Counted from the first letter of the stretch, positions 1 to 9,012 are shown. The stretch is 64,000 nucleotides of DNA from Candidatus Dormiibacterota bacterium (GCA_035936995.1 DASYVR010000053.1:18018-82017), one strand, 5' to 3'. Translations and numbers: made by a program. Notes: a model not told the origin generated them from the sequence alone.

Positions 1-800
1 AGTCCGAAGGGTTCGGACCACAGCAGGGGAAAGATGCCGGCCGCGGCTCGCGAGATCAGCCGCGCCTTCTGGGCACCGGCGACATTCGGGTAATACTCGA
101 TGGTCGGGCTGAGGAAGGGCTCAACCTGCTCCTCGAAGTACCGCATGCCTTCCTCGGAGCGCTCCACCTTGCCCGCCAGGATCAGCTTGCGGCCGGCTCG
201 CTGCGCCACCTGAATGGCCAGGTGCTGGCCTTTGTCAGCTGTGATCCGGGCGACCTCGATCAGGTAGCGCTCATGGGCGACGGTGGGCGGCGTCGTCGGG
301 AGCTCGACGGCATTATGGACGATGCCGGCCAGCTTCAGCGACGGTCCGCTGGCGGCCTGGCTGACGCTGATGGCGCAGAGCCGGGCCCGGGTGTCCACCT
401 CTTTGTAGAAGGTGCACATCGGTTCGACCAGCTCACCGTGAATCGTGTGGACGACCACCGGCGCCACCTGGCTCTGGAGGGCGAGCAGCAGCCCCTCGAA
501 ACCGGTGTGGTCGTGGATGACGTCGAAGCGCTGGCCGGCCATGGCGGCGTAGACCCGGGCGAGGTAGGTAGCCTGGCGTGCGGCCTCGGCCTGCCCACCG
601 AGGTCGTGGCTCCAGGCGGCGTCGGCCAGTATCGTCACTCCGGCCGCCGATCCCTCGGCACCGAACACGGTGACGTCATGTCCCAGGCGGCGAAGCTCCG
701 TGTGGAGCAGGTGGACCACCAGCTCAGTCCCTCCGTAGCCTCTCGGCGGCAACGGGTACCAGGCCGGCGCGACGAGCGCAATCCGAAGGGCGTCGTCCAC
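1..800 (-). CDS. glycosyltransferase family 4, N-terminal ~266 codons (3' end lies beyond window edge)
   Basis: Hand translation of minus strand from GTG at 798-800 (AGGAGGAGG ends 9 nt upstream): VDDALRIALVAPAWYPLPPRGYGGTELVVHLLHTELRRLGHDVTVFG...VARITADKGQHLAIQVAQRAGRKLILAGK...LLWSEPFGL. Typical GT4 pattern. Absent from ORF track because there is no stop inside the window; 222..854(+) is its antisense shadow. Confidence 0.8.
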   Translation of the reverse strand, partial: MDDALRIALVAPAWYPLPPRGYGGTELVVHLLHTELRRLGHDVTVFGAEGSAAGVTILADAAWSHDLGGQAEAARQATYLARVYAAMAGQRFDVIHDHTGFEGLLLALQSQVAPVVVHTIHGELVEPMCTFYKEVDTRARLCAISVSQAASGPSLKLAGIVHNAVELPTTPPTVAHERYLIEVARITADKGQHLAIQVAQRAGRKLILAGKVERSEEGMRYFEEQVEPFLSPTIEYYPNVAGAQKARLISRAAAGIFPLLWSEPFG

Positions 801-883
801 CCCGGCTCACCTCCTCCTGCCCGCGGGGCCAATCCGATGATACCGGTCGGCTGAGGCCCGACTGTTTGCCGGCCCGGTGATCG

Positions 884-1426
884 TTACGTGGCGGCGGCGG
901 CGCGCACCTGGCGAAGCGTTTCGTGCATCTGGTTTAGATGGAAGCGATCGTGCCCAGCAAGCATCCGGAACATCAACTCGTAGCTTTCGGGCCCTCGCTC
1001 GGCGTGCACCGCCACGCGCGCACGGTCATCACCCGATGATCGCCGCCAGAGGCGGAGGTTGGCGGCGCGGAACGCCGAGAAAATCACCAGCAGCTCGCCT
1101 GGCTCGTCGTCGTTGTGATGCAACCGCGCGACCCATTGATCCTGGTCGTAGCCGAGCAGCGGCGGTTGTTCCTGGCTGATCGTCCACCGGTAGCGCCCGG
1201 ACATCACCATCTCGGCGTCGGCGAGATGACCGAGCAGCTCGAGCAGCGACCATTCAACCGCCGCCGGCCGCTGGCGCAGGTCCGAGCCCGCATCTTCCAG
1301 GAGGGCCCGCAGGCTCGCCGGCGTGGCCTCTTGAACCGCAGCCGGGTCGTCTTGACCCAGTAGCGCGAGGAGCTGTTGCTGGTAGGCGCGACCCTCGGTG
1401 AGAGGGTGGGGTGACCGTTTCGCCAT
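884..1426 (-). CDS. DinB-family (DinB_2-like) protein
   Basis: 180 aa. His-containing helices spaced as in DinB fold (LLGHLADAE ... VAVHAERG ... LAGHDRFHLNQM). Starts 10 nt after dxs stop on the same strand. Confidence 0.75.
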   Translation of the reverse strand: MAKRSPHPLTEGRAYQQQLLALLGQDDPAAVQEATPASLRALLEDAGSDLRQRPAAVEWSLLELLGHLADAEMVMSGRYRWTISQEQPPLLGYDQDQWVARLHHNDDEPGELLVIFSAFRAANLRLWRRSSGDDRARVAVHAERGPESYELMFRMLAGHDRFHLNQMHETLRQVRAAAAT

Positions 1427-1436
1427 TGCGGCTGGA

Positions 1437-3356
1437 CTAGCTGCCGGGTTGGGTCGCCGGCTCCGGTATCGATTCGCCGTCGCTGACGACCCGACGGACC
1501 CGAGCCGCGACGCCCGGCGCGTCCAGGCCGAGCTGTTTGAGCAACTCCGCCTGCCCGCCTTGCTCGATGAAGCTGTCCGGGACCGCCATCACGGTGACCG
1601 GGATCCCGAGCGGCGCCAGCGCTTCGGTCACCGCCGACCCGAAGCCACCTGTGGCAACGTTGTCTTCGAGAGTAAGCACCGCCGGATGGCGCCGCGCCCA
1701 GCTCTCCAGCCGGGGATCGAGCGGCTTGATGTAACGGCAGTTGACGACCGTGAGCGGCAGGCCCTCGTTGTCGAGCATGGCGGCGGCCTCCATCGCTACG
1801 GCGACGAGCTTGCCGGTCGCCAGCAGCAACGCGGCGCTCCCCTGCCGTCGCACCTCCCACTCGCCCACCGGGAGGATCTGCGCCCGTTGCGCCTCGCTTT
1901 CGCCGGCTGCGCCCTTGGGGAAGCGGATCGCGAACGGGCCCACGCTCTCGCGCGCGATGGCGGTATGCAGCAGGTCGCGCAGCTCCTGCGGATCGCTGGG
2001 CGCGGCCAGTGTGAGTCCCGGCATCGTCCGAAGGAAGGTCAGGTCGAAGATGCCGTGGTGCGAGGGGCCGTCATCGCCGGTGATTCCCGCCCGATCGAGG
2101 ACGAAGGTGACCGGCAGCTTGTGCAGGCAGACATCCATCATCACCTGGTCGATGGCGCGCTGGATGAACGTCGAGTAGATGACGACCACCGGCCGCATCC
2201 CGGCCATCGCCAGGCCGGCCGCAAACGTGACCGCGTGCTGCTCCGCGATCCCGACGTCGTAGAACCGGTCCGGGTAGCGTTCGGCGAAGGGGCCCAGCCC
2301 GGCACTGCTGCCCATGGCGGCGGTGATCGCGATCAGCCGCGGCTCGCGCTCGGCCTCCGCGAGCAGCGCCTCGCCGAAGACGTCGGTATACGTGACTTTG
2401 CGGCTCAATGGCTTAGCCGTCAACACGTCGAAGGCGCTGACCCCATGGAGGTGGTCGATCTCGTCTTCTTCTGCCGGCCCGTAGCCTCGCCCTTTGGTGG
2501 TGATTACATGCACGACCGCAGGGCCGTTAAGCCGACTGACCTGGCGGAGCGTGCGCTCGATGTCTTCGATGTTGTGGCCGTTGATCGGCCCGGAGTACTT
2601 GATGCCGAGGTACTCGAAGAAGGTGCGCGGCGAGACCAGCTCCTTGAGGCCTTCCTTAATCCGGCGGCCGGCTTCGATCGCCTTATCGCCGGCGGGCACC
2701 GCGCGCAGGATCCGGTCGACGCGGTTCTTGGTCCGGTGGTACGTAGGGTTGAGGACGGTGAGCTGTTGCGCGAGGTGTTGCGCCAGCCCGCCGACGGTCG
2801 GCGCGTAAGACCGGCCGTTGTCGTTGACCACGATGATCACCGGGGTTTTCCGATGGCCGATGTTGTTCAGGGCTTCGTAGGCCATGCCGCCGGTCAAGGC
2901 GCCGTCGCCGACCACCACGATGACGCGGCCGCCATCGGGCTGCCAGCGCAGGGCTTCGGCCATCCCGGAGGCGTAGCTGAGCCCGGTGGACGCGTGGCTG
3001 TTCTCGATGAAGTCGTGCTCGCTCTCCGCACGGTTCGGATAGCCGCTCATGCCGCCCAGCTTCCGGAGCCGCGCAAACCCCTCGCGGGGCCGCGTCAGCA
3101 GCTTGTGCACGTAGGCTTGATGGCCGGTGTCCCAGAGGATCCGGTCCTTCGGGCTCTCGAAAACCCGATGGAGCGCCAGGGTCAGCTCGACCACGCCGAG
3201 GTTGGGGCCGAGGTGGCCGCCCGTCTTGGAGACGGTTGCGACCAGGAACTGGCGGATCTCCTCCGCCAGGGCACGCAACTCCGGCTCGCTGAGCGAGCGA
3301 AGATCCGCCGGACTCGTGATCCGGTCGAGCACTGGCGTGTTGGAAACCTGGTCCAT
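1437..3356 (-). CDS. dxs: 1-deoxy-D-xylulose-5-phosphate synthase
   Basis: 639 aa, full-length Dxs. N-terminus LDRITSPADLRSL...GGHLGPNLGVVELTLALHRVF, TPP motif VVGDGALTGGMAYEALNN, C-terminal transketolase-like domains. TAGACT hexamer (3369-3374) lies 12 nt upstream of the ATG. Confidence 0.97.
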   Translation of the reverse strand: MDQVSNTPVLDRITSPADLRSLSEPELRALAEEIRQFLVATVSKTGGHLGPNLGVVELTLALHRVFESPKDRILWDTGHQAYVHKLLTRPREGFARLRKLGGMSGYPNRAESEHDFIENSHASTGLSYASGMAEALRWQPDGGRVIVVVGDGALTGGMAYEALNNIGHRKTPVIIVVNDNGRSYAPTVGGLAQHLAQQLTVLNPTYHRTKNRVDRILRAVPAGDKAIEAGRRIKEGLKELVSPRTFFEYLGIKYSGPINGHNIEDIERTLRQVSRLNGPAVVHVITTKGRGYGPAEEDEIDHLHGVSAFDVLTAKPLSRKVTYTDVFGEALLAEAEREPRLIAITAAMGSSAGLGPFAERYPDRFYDVGIAEQHAVTFAAGLAMAGMRPVVVIYSTFIQRAIDQVMMDVCLHKLPVTFVLDRAGITGDDGPSHHGIFDLTFLRTMPGLTLAAPSDPQELRDLLHTAIARESVGPFAIRFPKGAAGESEAQRAQILPVGEWEVRRQGSAALLLATGKLVAVAMEAAAMLDNEGLPLTVVNCRYIKPLDPRLESWARRHPAVLTLEDNVATGGFGSAVTEALAPLGIPVTVMAVPDSFIEQGGQAELLKQLGLDAPGVAARVRRVVSDGESIPEPATQPGS

Positions 3357-3455
3357 CTTCGTGTTTCGAGTCTAGCGAACAGCCGGCACTGCCCCGGCTC
3401 GAGATGCAACGGCCCGCCGGCCAATTTGGTTTCGGCCCTGCCCAGCAGAAGTCCG

Positions 3456-5135
3456 CTAGGGGGCGGGGGCCAGGTCGGTGTAGTCGTTGATGATGACCTG
3501 GTGGCTACCGCTTGTGGAGGTATCAAGACCCCAGCTCTTCGAATACGGCGTACTCGTCTGCGAGAGCACATTGCCGGACGCATCCCTGGTGATGAAGGTG
3601 CTCGTTCCCTGCAAGCTGACCCCGACCAGCCGCGACGCCTGGCTGCTGAACTTCGGTAGGAAGAGGTTAAGGCTGACCTTGTCGAAGCTGTAGGTCTTCT
3701 GCATGATCTTTCCGGCGGCAATGTCCTGGTTCACGACGTCGACGAATTCCTTGAGTCCGTCGCCCGTGGCCCCAGTCCCTGCCAGCGTTAAGTCGTGGGC
3801 ACGACGTGCTTCAGATTCGATGATGAGGTCGAACACCACGTCATGTGCCATCGCCGCAGCGGTCCGCGGCGTCGACTGATCAAAGGCGACCACGTTCGAC
3901 GCGACCGTCACCGTCGGAATCGGCGGCAGGATCCACACCTGGGCCGAGGCGGAGGCCGGTCCCGAATTTCTTGGCGGCGGGAGGGCGGCGCCCGCAGAGC
4001 TGGAGACCCAGCCGGCGATGGCCGGCCCGTCACCGACGGTGAGCGCGAGGGTTGGCGTCGACCCATCGGCGAGCCCGGCGGCCGGCTCCGGGCTGTGGGT
4101 GGAAAGATCGGCCGCGACAGGAAGGGTCCCAACAAATATCAGCGCGATCGCGAGTGCAGCCGGCAGGCGCCAGCCCAGGCGACGCCTCCCAGCCCTCTGC
4201 CGGTCCCGGGCTTCGAGTGGGGACAGAAACCGCGCCAGCGCAAAGCGGAGTGCACAGGCGATAACGAGGCTTGCCAGTATCGCGGTCTTGGTCCAGAACT
4301 CAAGTGTGGTCGGGCCGATCAGCAGAACCGCCAGGATGGCCACGACAAGTCCGAACGCCACCCGCGCCACTGCGCCGTCGGGAACCGTCCTCGGGTCCGG
4401 GACCATGAAGAGACCGAACACCAGGAGTTCGGGCGAGGTGACCAGGATCTGCCAGAGTTCACGTCCGCACATTGGGGCCACGTGCCAGCTGGCGACCATG
4501 CAATGGTCGGGCACCAGGGCAAGCGCCACGGCCGTAAATGCCGCAAACCCAGCCATGAAGGCCAGCTCGAGACCGAGCAATCGCAGTTCCCACGCGATCA
4601 ACAGCCCCCCGACGAGCAGGACGGCGTAGGTCACAATCAGCCACGGCCCGGGCGGGATCCACCACAGATCCTGGGGCTCCGTGAGCTTGGGGCCTAGCGC
4701 GACGAAGGCGATGACCAGGCCAAGGTTCGAGGGGTTGAAGATGTGCCGCCCACGCCAGCGGATCAGGTACTTCGATGCCATCGAGATGGCGACCACACCG
4801 ACAAAAATCCAGATGCCATGCGTGCTCCACCATTGGCCGTGAAGGGTGCCGGGAGTTCGCAGGATGAAGGCGGTGCTGTTGCCGGTCAGCAATCCGCTCG
4901 CCGGCCACATAATGGCGCTGTCCTTGAAGAAGACGACGACGAACTCGATCAGGGCACCGGTCGCGAGACAGATGAGGATCTGCGCCACCGAGAGCCGGAA
5001 GCCGAGCACCGTCTGGCCCAGCACCTGGAGCGTCACCAGCACCGCAGCGACGTGCATCCGAGGATCGCGAAGGCTGGGGAAGATGACCGCGTATTCCCGG
5101 CCGAACAAGCGAACCTTCCGGCGCTTGGCGCTCAC
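3456..5135 (-). CDS. polytopic membrane protein, RnfD/NqrB-like N-terminal domain plus ~220-aa unassigned C-terminal domain
   Basis: 559 aa, high GC3. About 9 hydrophobic helices. Motifs HIFNPSNLGLV and FMVPDPRTVP resemble RnfD/NqrB FNPAL and FMATDP.T.P. The C-terminal third is hydrophilic with no recognisable family. Confidence 0.55.
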   Translation of the reverse strand: MSAKRRKVRLFGREYAVIFPSLRDPRMHVAAVLVTLQVLGQTVLGFRLSVAQILICLATGALIEFVVVFFKDSAIMWPASGLLTGNSTAFILRTPGTLHGQWWSTHGIWIFVGVVAISMASKYLIRWRGRHIFNPSNLGLVIAFVALGPKLTEPQDLWWIPPGPWLIVTYAVLLVGGLLIAWELRLLGLELAFMAGFAAFTAVALALVPDHCMVASWHVAPMCGRELWQILVTSPELLVFGLFMVPDPRTVPDGAVARVAFGLVVAILAVLLIGPTTLEFWTKTAILASLVIACALRFALARFLSPLEARDRQRAGRRRLGWRLPAALAIALIFVGTLPVAADLSTHSPEPAAGLADGSTPTLALTVGDGPAIAGWVSSSAGAALPPPRNSGPASASAQVWILPPIPTVTVASNVVAFDQSTPRTAAAMAHDVVFDLIIESEARRAHDLTLAGTGATGDGLKEFVDVVNQDIAAGKIMQKTYSFDKVSLNLFLPKFSSQASRLVGVSLQGTSTFITRDASGNVLSQTSTPYSKSWGLDTSTSGSHQVIINDYTDLAPAP

Positions 5136-5148
5136 CGTTGAGTAACGG

Positions 5149-6198
5149 TTGGAATGCTCAAGCCGTTACACCCTCAGGGCCTTGTTAGCATTTCGCTGCT
5201 TGTCACAGGCGTCGTACCGAGCATGGACCGGGTTGGTCGGAGCCGTTGTCGTCGCCGGCCTCTCGGCCTGTGATCTTCCGTTCGGTCTCGACCTGCCCAC
5301 CACGCGCAGCCTGGAGAGCGGCGCCACCGGCACCCTGGTCGCGGCCGACAGCTTCGAGATCACCGGTTCGTACAGCGAAGGAAGCAACCAGTGGTCGATC
5401 GACCTGCAGCTGAGCCGGCCGGGCGCCGAGCACGTCACTGTCACGACGTCCGATGTCAAGCTCGAGGCGATCACCCTTGGCAACGACGCCTATTTTCGCG
5501 GACAGCAGTTTCTGTCTGCGCACATGGGCAGCGATCTTGTCTCTCGCAGCTTTGTCAAGGCAGCGGGAAATGGTTGGTGGAAGGGCTCGGCCGGCCACGT
5601 CCCCCAGCTGACGGACCTAACCGATGGTAATGCCTTCAGGTCGACGTTCCTCGGGCAGGCGGTCACGCAGCGCACCGACCACGTGTCGGTGGATGGAACC
5701 GATGCGGTCCGCCTGTCGGGTGCACGGGGAGACGTCTTCATCACCGCGCAGGCGCCCTATCGGGTGCTGCGCGTGCGCCTGAAACACGGGGTTGTCGTTG
5801 ACGGCATTCGCGATGCCGACCTTCGGTTCTTCAATTACAACAGCGACTTCAGGATCTCGGCGCCTGCTGATGTGATTGATTTCTCGAATCTCAGCACGCT
5901 GCCGCCCATCTACACGGTCGTGTCGGTCGACGCCTCAGGATGCGGCTCGCCGTGCGTTATCTCGGCCCTGCTCAAGAATCTCGGCGGGCAACTCCATGCG
6001 CAGGCGCCATCCACCATCGCCTTCACCATGACGGACACGGCCTCTCGACAGGTGCTCGGAAGTTGCCAGACGCAGGTCGTGCCGGACGTCACGTACAACG
6101 CGACGACCACCGTGATGTGCTCGATCGATAACGTAACCGCCCAGCAGTCAAACGCGGCCACCGTGACAGCGACGCCGGACAACCCGGGACGCGGCTAG
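5149..6198 (+). CDS. putative lipoprotein, unknown function
   Basis: 349 aa. Signal peptide ending in lipobox VAGLSAC; SGAT motif at 5317-5328 shortly after the lipidated Cys. Start uncertain: TTG at 5149 is only 13 bp from the divergent neighbour, and later in-frame TTGs are possible. Confidence 0.6.
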   Translation: MECSSRYTLRALLAFRCLSQASYRAWTGLVGAVVVAGLSACDLPFGLDLPTTRSLESGATGTLVAADSFEITGSYSEGSNQWSIDLQLSRPGAEHVTVTTSDVKLEAITLGNDAYFRGQQFLSAHMGSDLVSRSFVKAAGNGWWKGSAGHVPQLTDLTDGNAFRSTFLGQAVTQRTDHVSVDGTDAVRLSGARGDVFITAQAPYRVLRVRLKHGVVVDGIRDADLRFFNYNSDFRISAPADVIDFSNLSTLPPIYTVVSVDASGCGSPCVISALLKNLGGQLHAQAPSTIAFTMTDTASRQVLGSCQTQVVPDVTYNATTTVMCSIDNVTAQQSNAATVTATPDNPGRG

Positions 6199-6202
6199 GA
6201 TT

Positions 6203-7060
6203 GTGACAAAGCTCGAGGTGGCCGCATGGGGCCTGACGATCGCTTTGTTAGGCAGCGAAGTCGGGCTCGCCGTGTTCCGGCCCTGGGACCATCACGTCGC
6301 CCTGTCGCTATCAGGCTCACACGCGTTGAGCCTCGGCCAGGCTAACGGCTCCCCGTCGCCGGGCGCGACCAAGCTGGTCACGCCCTCCGCCGGTGGCAAG
6401 TGTCCCGACGTCGTCGTCCGCAGGATCGAACAACCCCATACGATCCCGCGGAGCGCCTGGGTCCATGCCTCGGATGGCGTCAACGTCCGGACCGCCCCCT
6501 CGTCTTCGGCGACCCGCCTGACGACGCTGGCGACTGGAACGCAGTTGAACCTTCAGGGCGAACAGACCAATCCCGATGGCAGCACCTGGTATCGAATTCG
6601 GCTGAGCGACGGCCGGGACGGTTGGTTGAGCGGGCGCTATACGACCAACTACCCAATTGGCCTGGCCTCGACTGGCTCGCTAAAGATCTGGCTGCCTGTT
6701 GGCTATCAGTTCCAGTCGGTGGCATCGGGAAAGGCAGAGGCGCACTACAAGGACGGGCCGCTAGCGTTGTTGTATCTGGACAGTGGCGCCAAGGACCAGG
6801 CGCCGACGGAGACAGTGGTGCCGGCCGGCCTGCCCCGTCGATCCACGTGGACGGCGCGTTCCACCGAGCAGGCGCTTGTCGGCGACCTTCCCGCCACCGA
6901 CCGCGTGTTCAGTATCAGGCTGGCCGGCAGCGGCTGTCCGGCACTCCTCCACGAGGTAAGGATCGCGACGACCGCCAATTACTACGACTTCATCTTCCTG
7001 CTGGATGAGCCGAGCTCGTCAGTCGTTGCCCAGTTGCTGGACAGCGCCACCGTGCAGTAG
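6203..7060 (+). CDS. membrane-anchored SH3b-domain protein
   Basis: 285 aa. N-terminal TM (VAAWGLTIALLGSEVGLAVF), SH3b-like segment VNVRTAPSSSATRLTTLATGTQLNLQGEQTNPDGSTWYRIRLSDGRDGWLSGRY, and a C-terminal domain shared with 22499..23368. Confidence 0.7.
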   Translation: MTKLEVAAWGLTIALLGSEVGLAVFRPWDHHVALSLSGSHALSLGQANGSPSPGATKLVTPSAGGKCPDVVVRRIEQPHTIPRSAWVHASDGVNVRTAPSSSATRLTTLATGTQLNLQGEQTNPDGSTWYRIRLSDGRDGWLSGRYTTNYPIGLASTGSLKIWLPVGYQFQSVASGKAEAHYKDGPLALLYLDSGAKDQAPTETVVPAGLPRRSTWTARSTEQALVGDLPATDRVFSIRLAGSGCPALLHEVRIATTANYYDFIFLLDEPSSSVVAQLLDSATVQ

Positions 7061-7112
7061 AAGCCCGAGCCGCCGACGTCAGGCATCGGCCATTCGGCGA
7101 TACGGAGTACAG

Positions 7113-7706
7113 TCAGTCGCCCTCAGGTCGGCTGAGTACGCCGGGAACGCCGGCCGCATCGAACGACGGGTCGGGATGGATGTCGAAGGCATCGGCAAGG
7201 CGCACGAAGAGGTTGAAAAGCGCGCCGTCGTAGACGGCTTCGGCGATCTGCGCGTCGGTCCACCCGGCCTCGCGCAGCCGCTGGACCTGTTCATCGGTGA
7301 TGCGATACGCGTGCCGGGTTAGCGTTTCGACGAATTCCAAGAGCAGTCGGTGCTTCGGCGTCAGGTTGGCGGCGTTGAGATCCCCGTTACGCAGGGCCGC
7401 CGCAGCATGCGCGTACTCCTCACCCTGCAACTGCAGGAACCAGGCATGGCTGCTGAGTCAATAGTGGCAGCGGTTCAGCGCCGAGACGTAGGACGCGATC
7501 ATTTCGTGCTCGGCCCGGCTGAGCGCCCCGTCCGTGAAGTGCAATCGGCTCGCCTGATCGATGGCACGCAAAAAGTCCGGTCGTAGGCTCATCGTCCGCA
7601 GGATGTCGGGGACGTTTCCCCTCGCCGACGTTTGCTTCAACGCACGGTAAAGGTCGGCGATCTCACCGGTTGCGTCGCCGTCTTCGACCCACGCGATCCG
7701 AGCCAT
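7113..7706 (-). CDS. AhpD/carboxymuconolactone-decarboxylase-family peroxidase-related protein with in-frame TGA (candidate selenocysteine; otherwise a pseudogene)
   Basis: ORF-track pieces 7458..7706 and 7113..7430 are in one frame, separated only by TGA at 7458-7460. Read-through gives ...SYVSALNRCHY-TGA-LSSHAWFLQLQGEEY..., which places the TGA at the second Cys of the family C-x-x-C-x-x-x-H motif. Confidence 0.6.
7424..7437 (-). promoter_or_regulatory. SECIS-like stem-loop candidate
   Basis: mRNA CCUGC-AGUU-GCAGG begins 20 nt after the UGA. G and U in the tetraloop. Extendable by CCU/AGG across a small internal loop. Confidence 0.35.
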
Positions 7707-7736
7707 GATGTCGCAACGCCGTTTTGAAGACCCCGG

Positions 7737-8240
7737 TTACGGTTTGACCAGGCTCCAGCCGGTGTAGTTGCCGTTCGTGTCGCCTGGCTTGGTGTCGTTG
7801 TGGAAGAAATAGAGCGGCAAGCCCTTGTAGGTCACCTGCAGTGTCCCGTCGGTGCGCGTGATGGTCCCCAGTTGCCCGGTCACACCAGGACCGCCGGTTG
7901 GCGTCTGCCCACTGGCGATGGTCAACGCCGGCCATGTGCCACTACAACCGCCATGGCAGTTGCTTACGCCAGGGGTGTCACTGCCGAAGGTGTAGACGGT
8001 GTGGCTGTTTGATGCTGCAACCAGGAGCGTCCCCATCGTGCCCACACTCTGCGCCAGAACGACCGGTGCGGCCGTTGGTGCTGGGGTCGGCGTAGGGGTT
8101 GGGGTTGCCGTTGCCGAGGGTGAGGCCGATAGTGATGCGGTTGCGGCGGGACCACTGGTCTGGCCTCCGCATGCCGCGAGCACAATCGCGGAAAAAGCCA
8201 GGATTGCTGCCGTCCGGACCGCGGGGATAACCGTCGCCAT
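7737..8240 (-). CDS. lipoprotein with COG4315 / secreted-repeat (Lipoprotein_15-like) domain
   Basis: 167 aa. Lipobox LAACGG, TP-rich linker, then TLLVAASNSHTVYTFGSDTPGVSNCHGGCSGTWPAL...LPLYFFHNDTKPGDTNG. GGAGGAGG Shine-Dalgarno upstream. Confidence 0.8.
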   Translation of the reverse strand: MATVIPAVRTAAILAFSAIVLAACGGQTSGPAATASLSASPSATATPTPTPTPAPTAAPVVLAQSVGTMGTLLVAASNSHTVYTFGSDTPGVSNCHGGCSGTWPALTIASGQTPTGGPGVTGQLGTITRTDGTLQVTYKGLPLYFFHNDTKPGDTNGNYTGWSLVKP

Positions 8241-8340
8241 GATGTGAATCCTCCTCCGACAAGTGTCGCTGCTGATGGCTACGGGGGACCGTTACGGGGC
8301 CCACCCTGCCCTCCCCAGGGGGACTGACTCTGGGGCGTCT

Positions 8341-9012
8341 CTAGACCGTGTAGACCTCGACCTGTCCGCGCTCGATCCGCACACTCAATGAGGGCAGCCT
8401 GGGGAGGGGCGAGTTGTACTGGTCGCTTGGTTCCCCGTTCGTTTGGAAGGTGGCCCCATGACACGGGCACTCAAACTGGTTGCGGAACTTGCTGTAATTG
8501 AGGATGCACCCCATGTGGGTGCAGACCGCGGACAGGCCCTTGACGTCCTGTCCTTGCCGGACCAGAAAGCCCTCGATGGCGCCAGACCGGAAGGCAACGG
8601 GCGTGCCCTCGGGGAGGTCGGCGAGCGCCTTGACCGGTTTCCATGTCCCGCTCGACACCAGGGCCTGGTTGCTTCCCGGCGCCGGGCTCTTGGTCAAGCG
8701 GTCGAGACCGATGACTGCCGCCACACCGGCGGCAATGCCGGCCGCGCCCGTCAGCAGCAGCGAGCGGCGGCTCGGACGGACTCCCGGGTGCGGCCGGGCG
8801 GTCTGCTCTTGAACCCATTCCCCGATCGACCCCTGCATGCGCTCGAGGAATTCCTTCGACGGCAGGCCCGCGCCGGGTTTGGCGGCGCGGAGCATGGCGG
8901 CGGTCTGCCGGGCCCGCAGGGCGTCTTCGTCGGGCAATGGCGTCCGCTCGGGCCGGCGGTCCTGCAGCAGGTCCTCGACGTGCTGGTCGAGTTGCTCGGG
9001 ATCGTCGTTCAC
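8341..9012 (-). CDS. Rieske [2Fe-2S] domain membrane protein, sigma-factor-coupled (putative anti-sigma-like)
   Basis: 223 aa. ~80-aa acidic cytoplasmic N-terminus, then SRRSLLLTGAAGIAAGVAAVIG (twin-Arg-like motif plus TM). Rieske motifs CTHMGC and CPCHG. Start overlaps the sigma gene stop by 4 nt. Confidence 0.8.
   Translation of the reverse strand: MNDDPEQLDQHVEDLLQDRRPERTPLPDEDALRARQTAAMLRAAKPGAGLPSKEFLERMQGSIGEWVQEQTARPHPGVRPSRRSLLLTGAAGIAAGVAAVIGLDRLTKSPAPGSNQALVSSGTWKPVKALADLPEGTPVAFRSGAIEGFLVRQGQDVKGLSAVCTHMGCILNYSKFRNQFECPCHGATFQTNGEPSDQYNSPLPRLPSLSVRIERGQVEVYTV

Noticed and set aside
222-854. 210-aa plus-strand ORF at the left edge.
   Set aside because: The opposite strand translates into an unmistakable GT4 glycosyltransferase with a Shine-Dalgarno sequence and GTG start at 800. 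The plus ORF is its shadow.
1398-3659. 753-aa plus-strand ORF covering the dxs locus. Similar very long ORFs: 33696..35735(-), 41811..43022(+), 42951..44384(-), 57764..58522(-), 58521..59561(+), 15194..16084(-), 23334..24152(-).
   Set aside because: These are antisense shadows of clearly recognisable genes in GC-rich DNA. Their translations are Arg/Gly/Pro/Asp-rich low-complexity sequence with no family signature, while the opposite strand encodes Dxs, the DUF4388 protein, MshA-like GT4, the K+ channel, LepB/Ndk, ParB and others.
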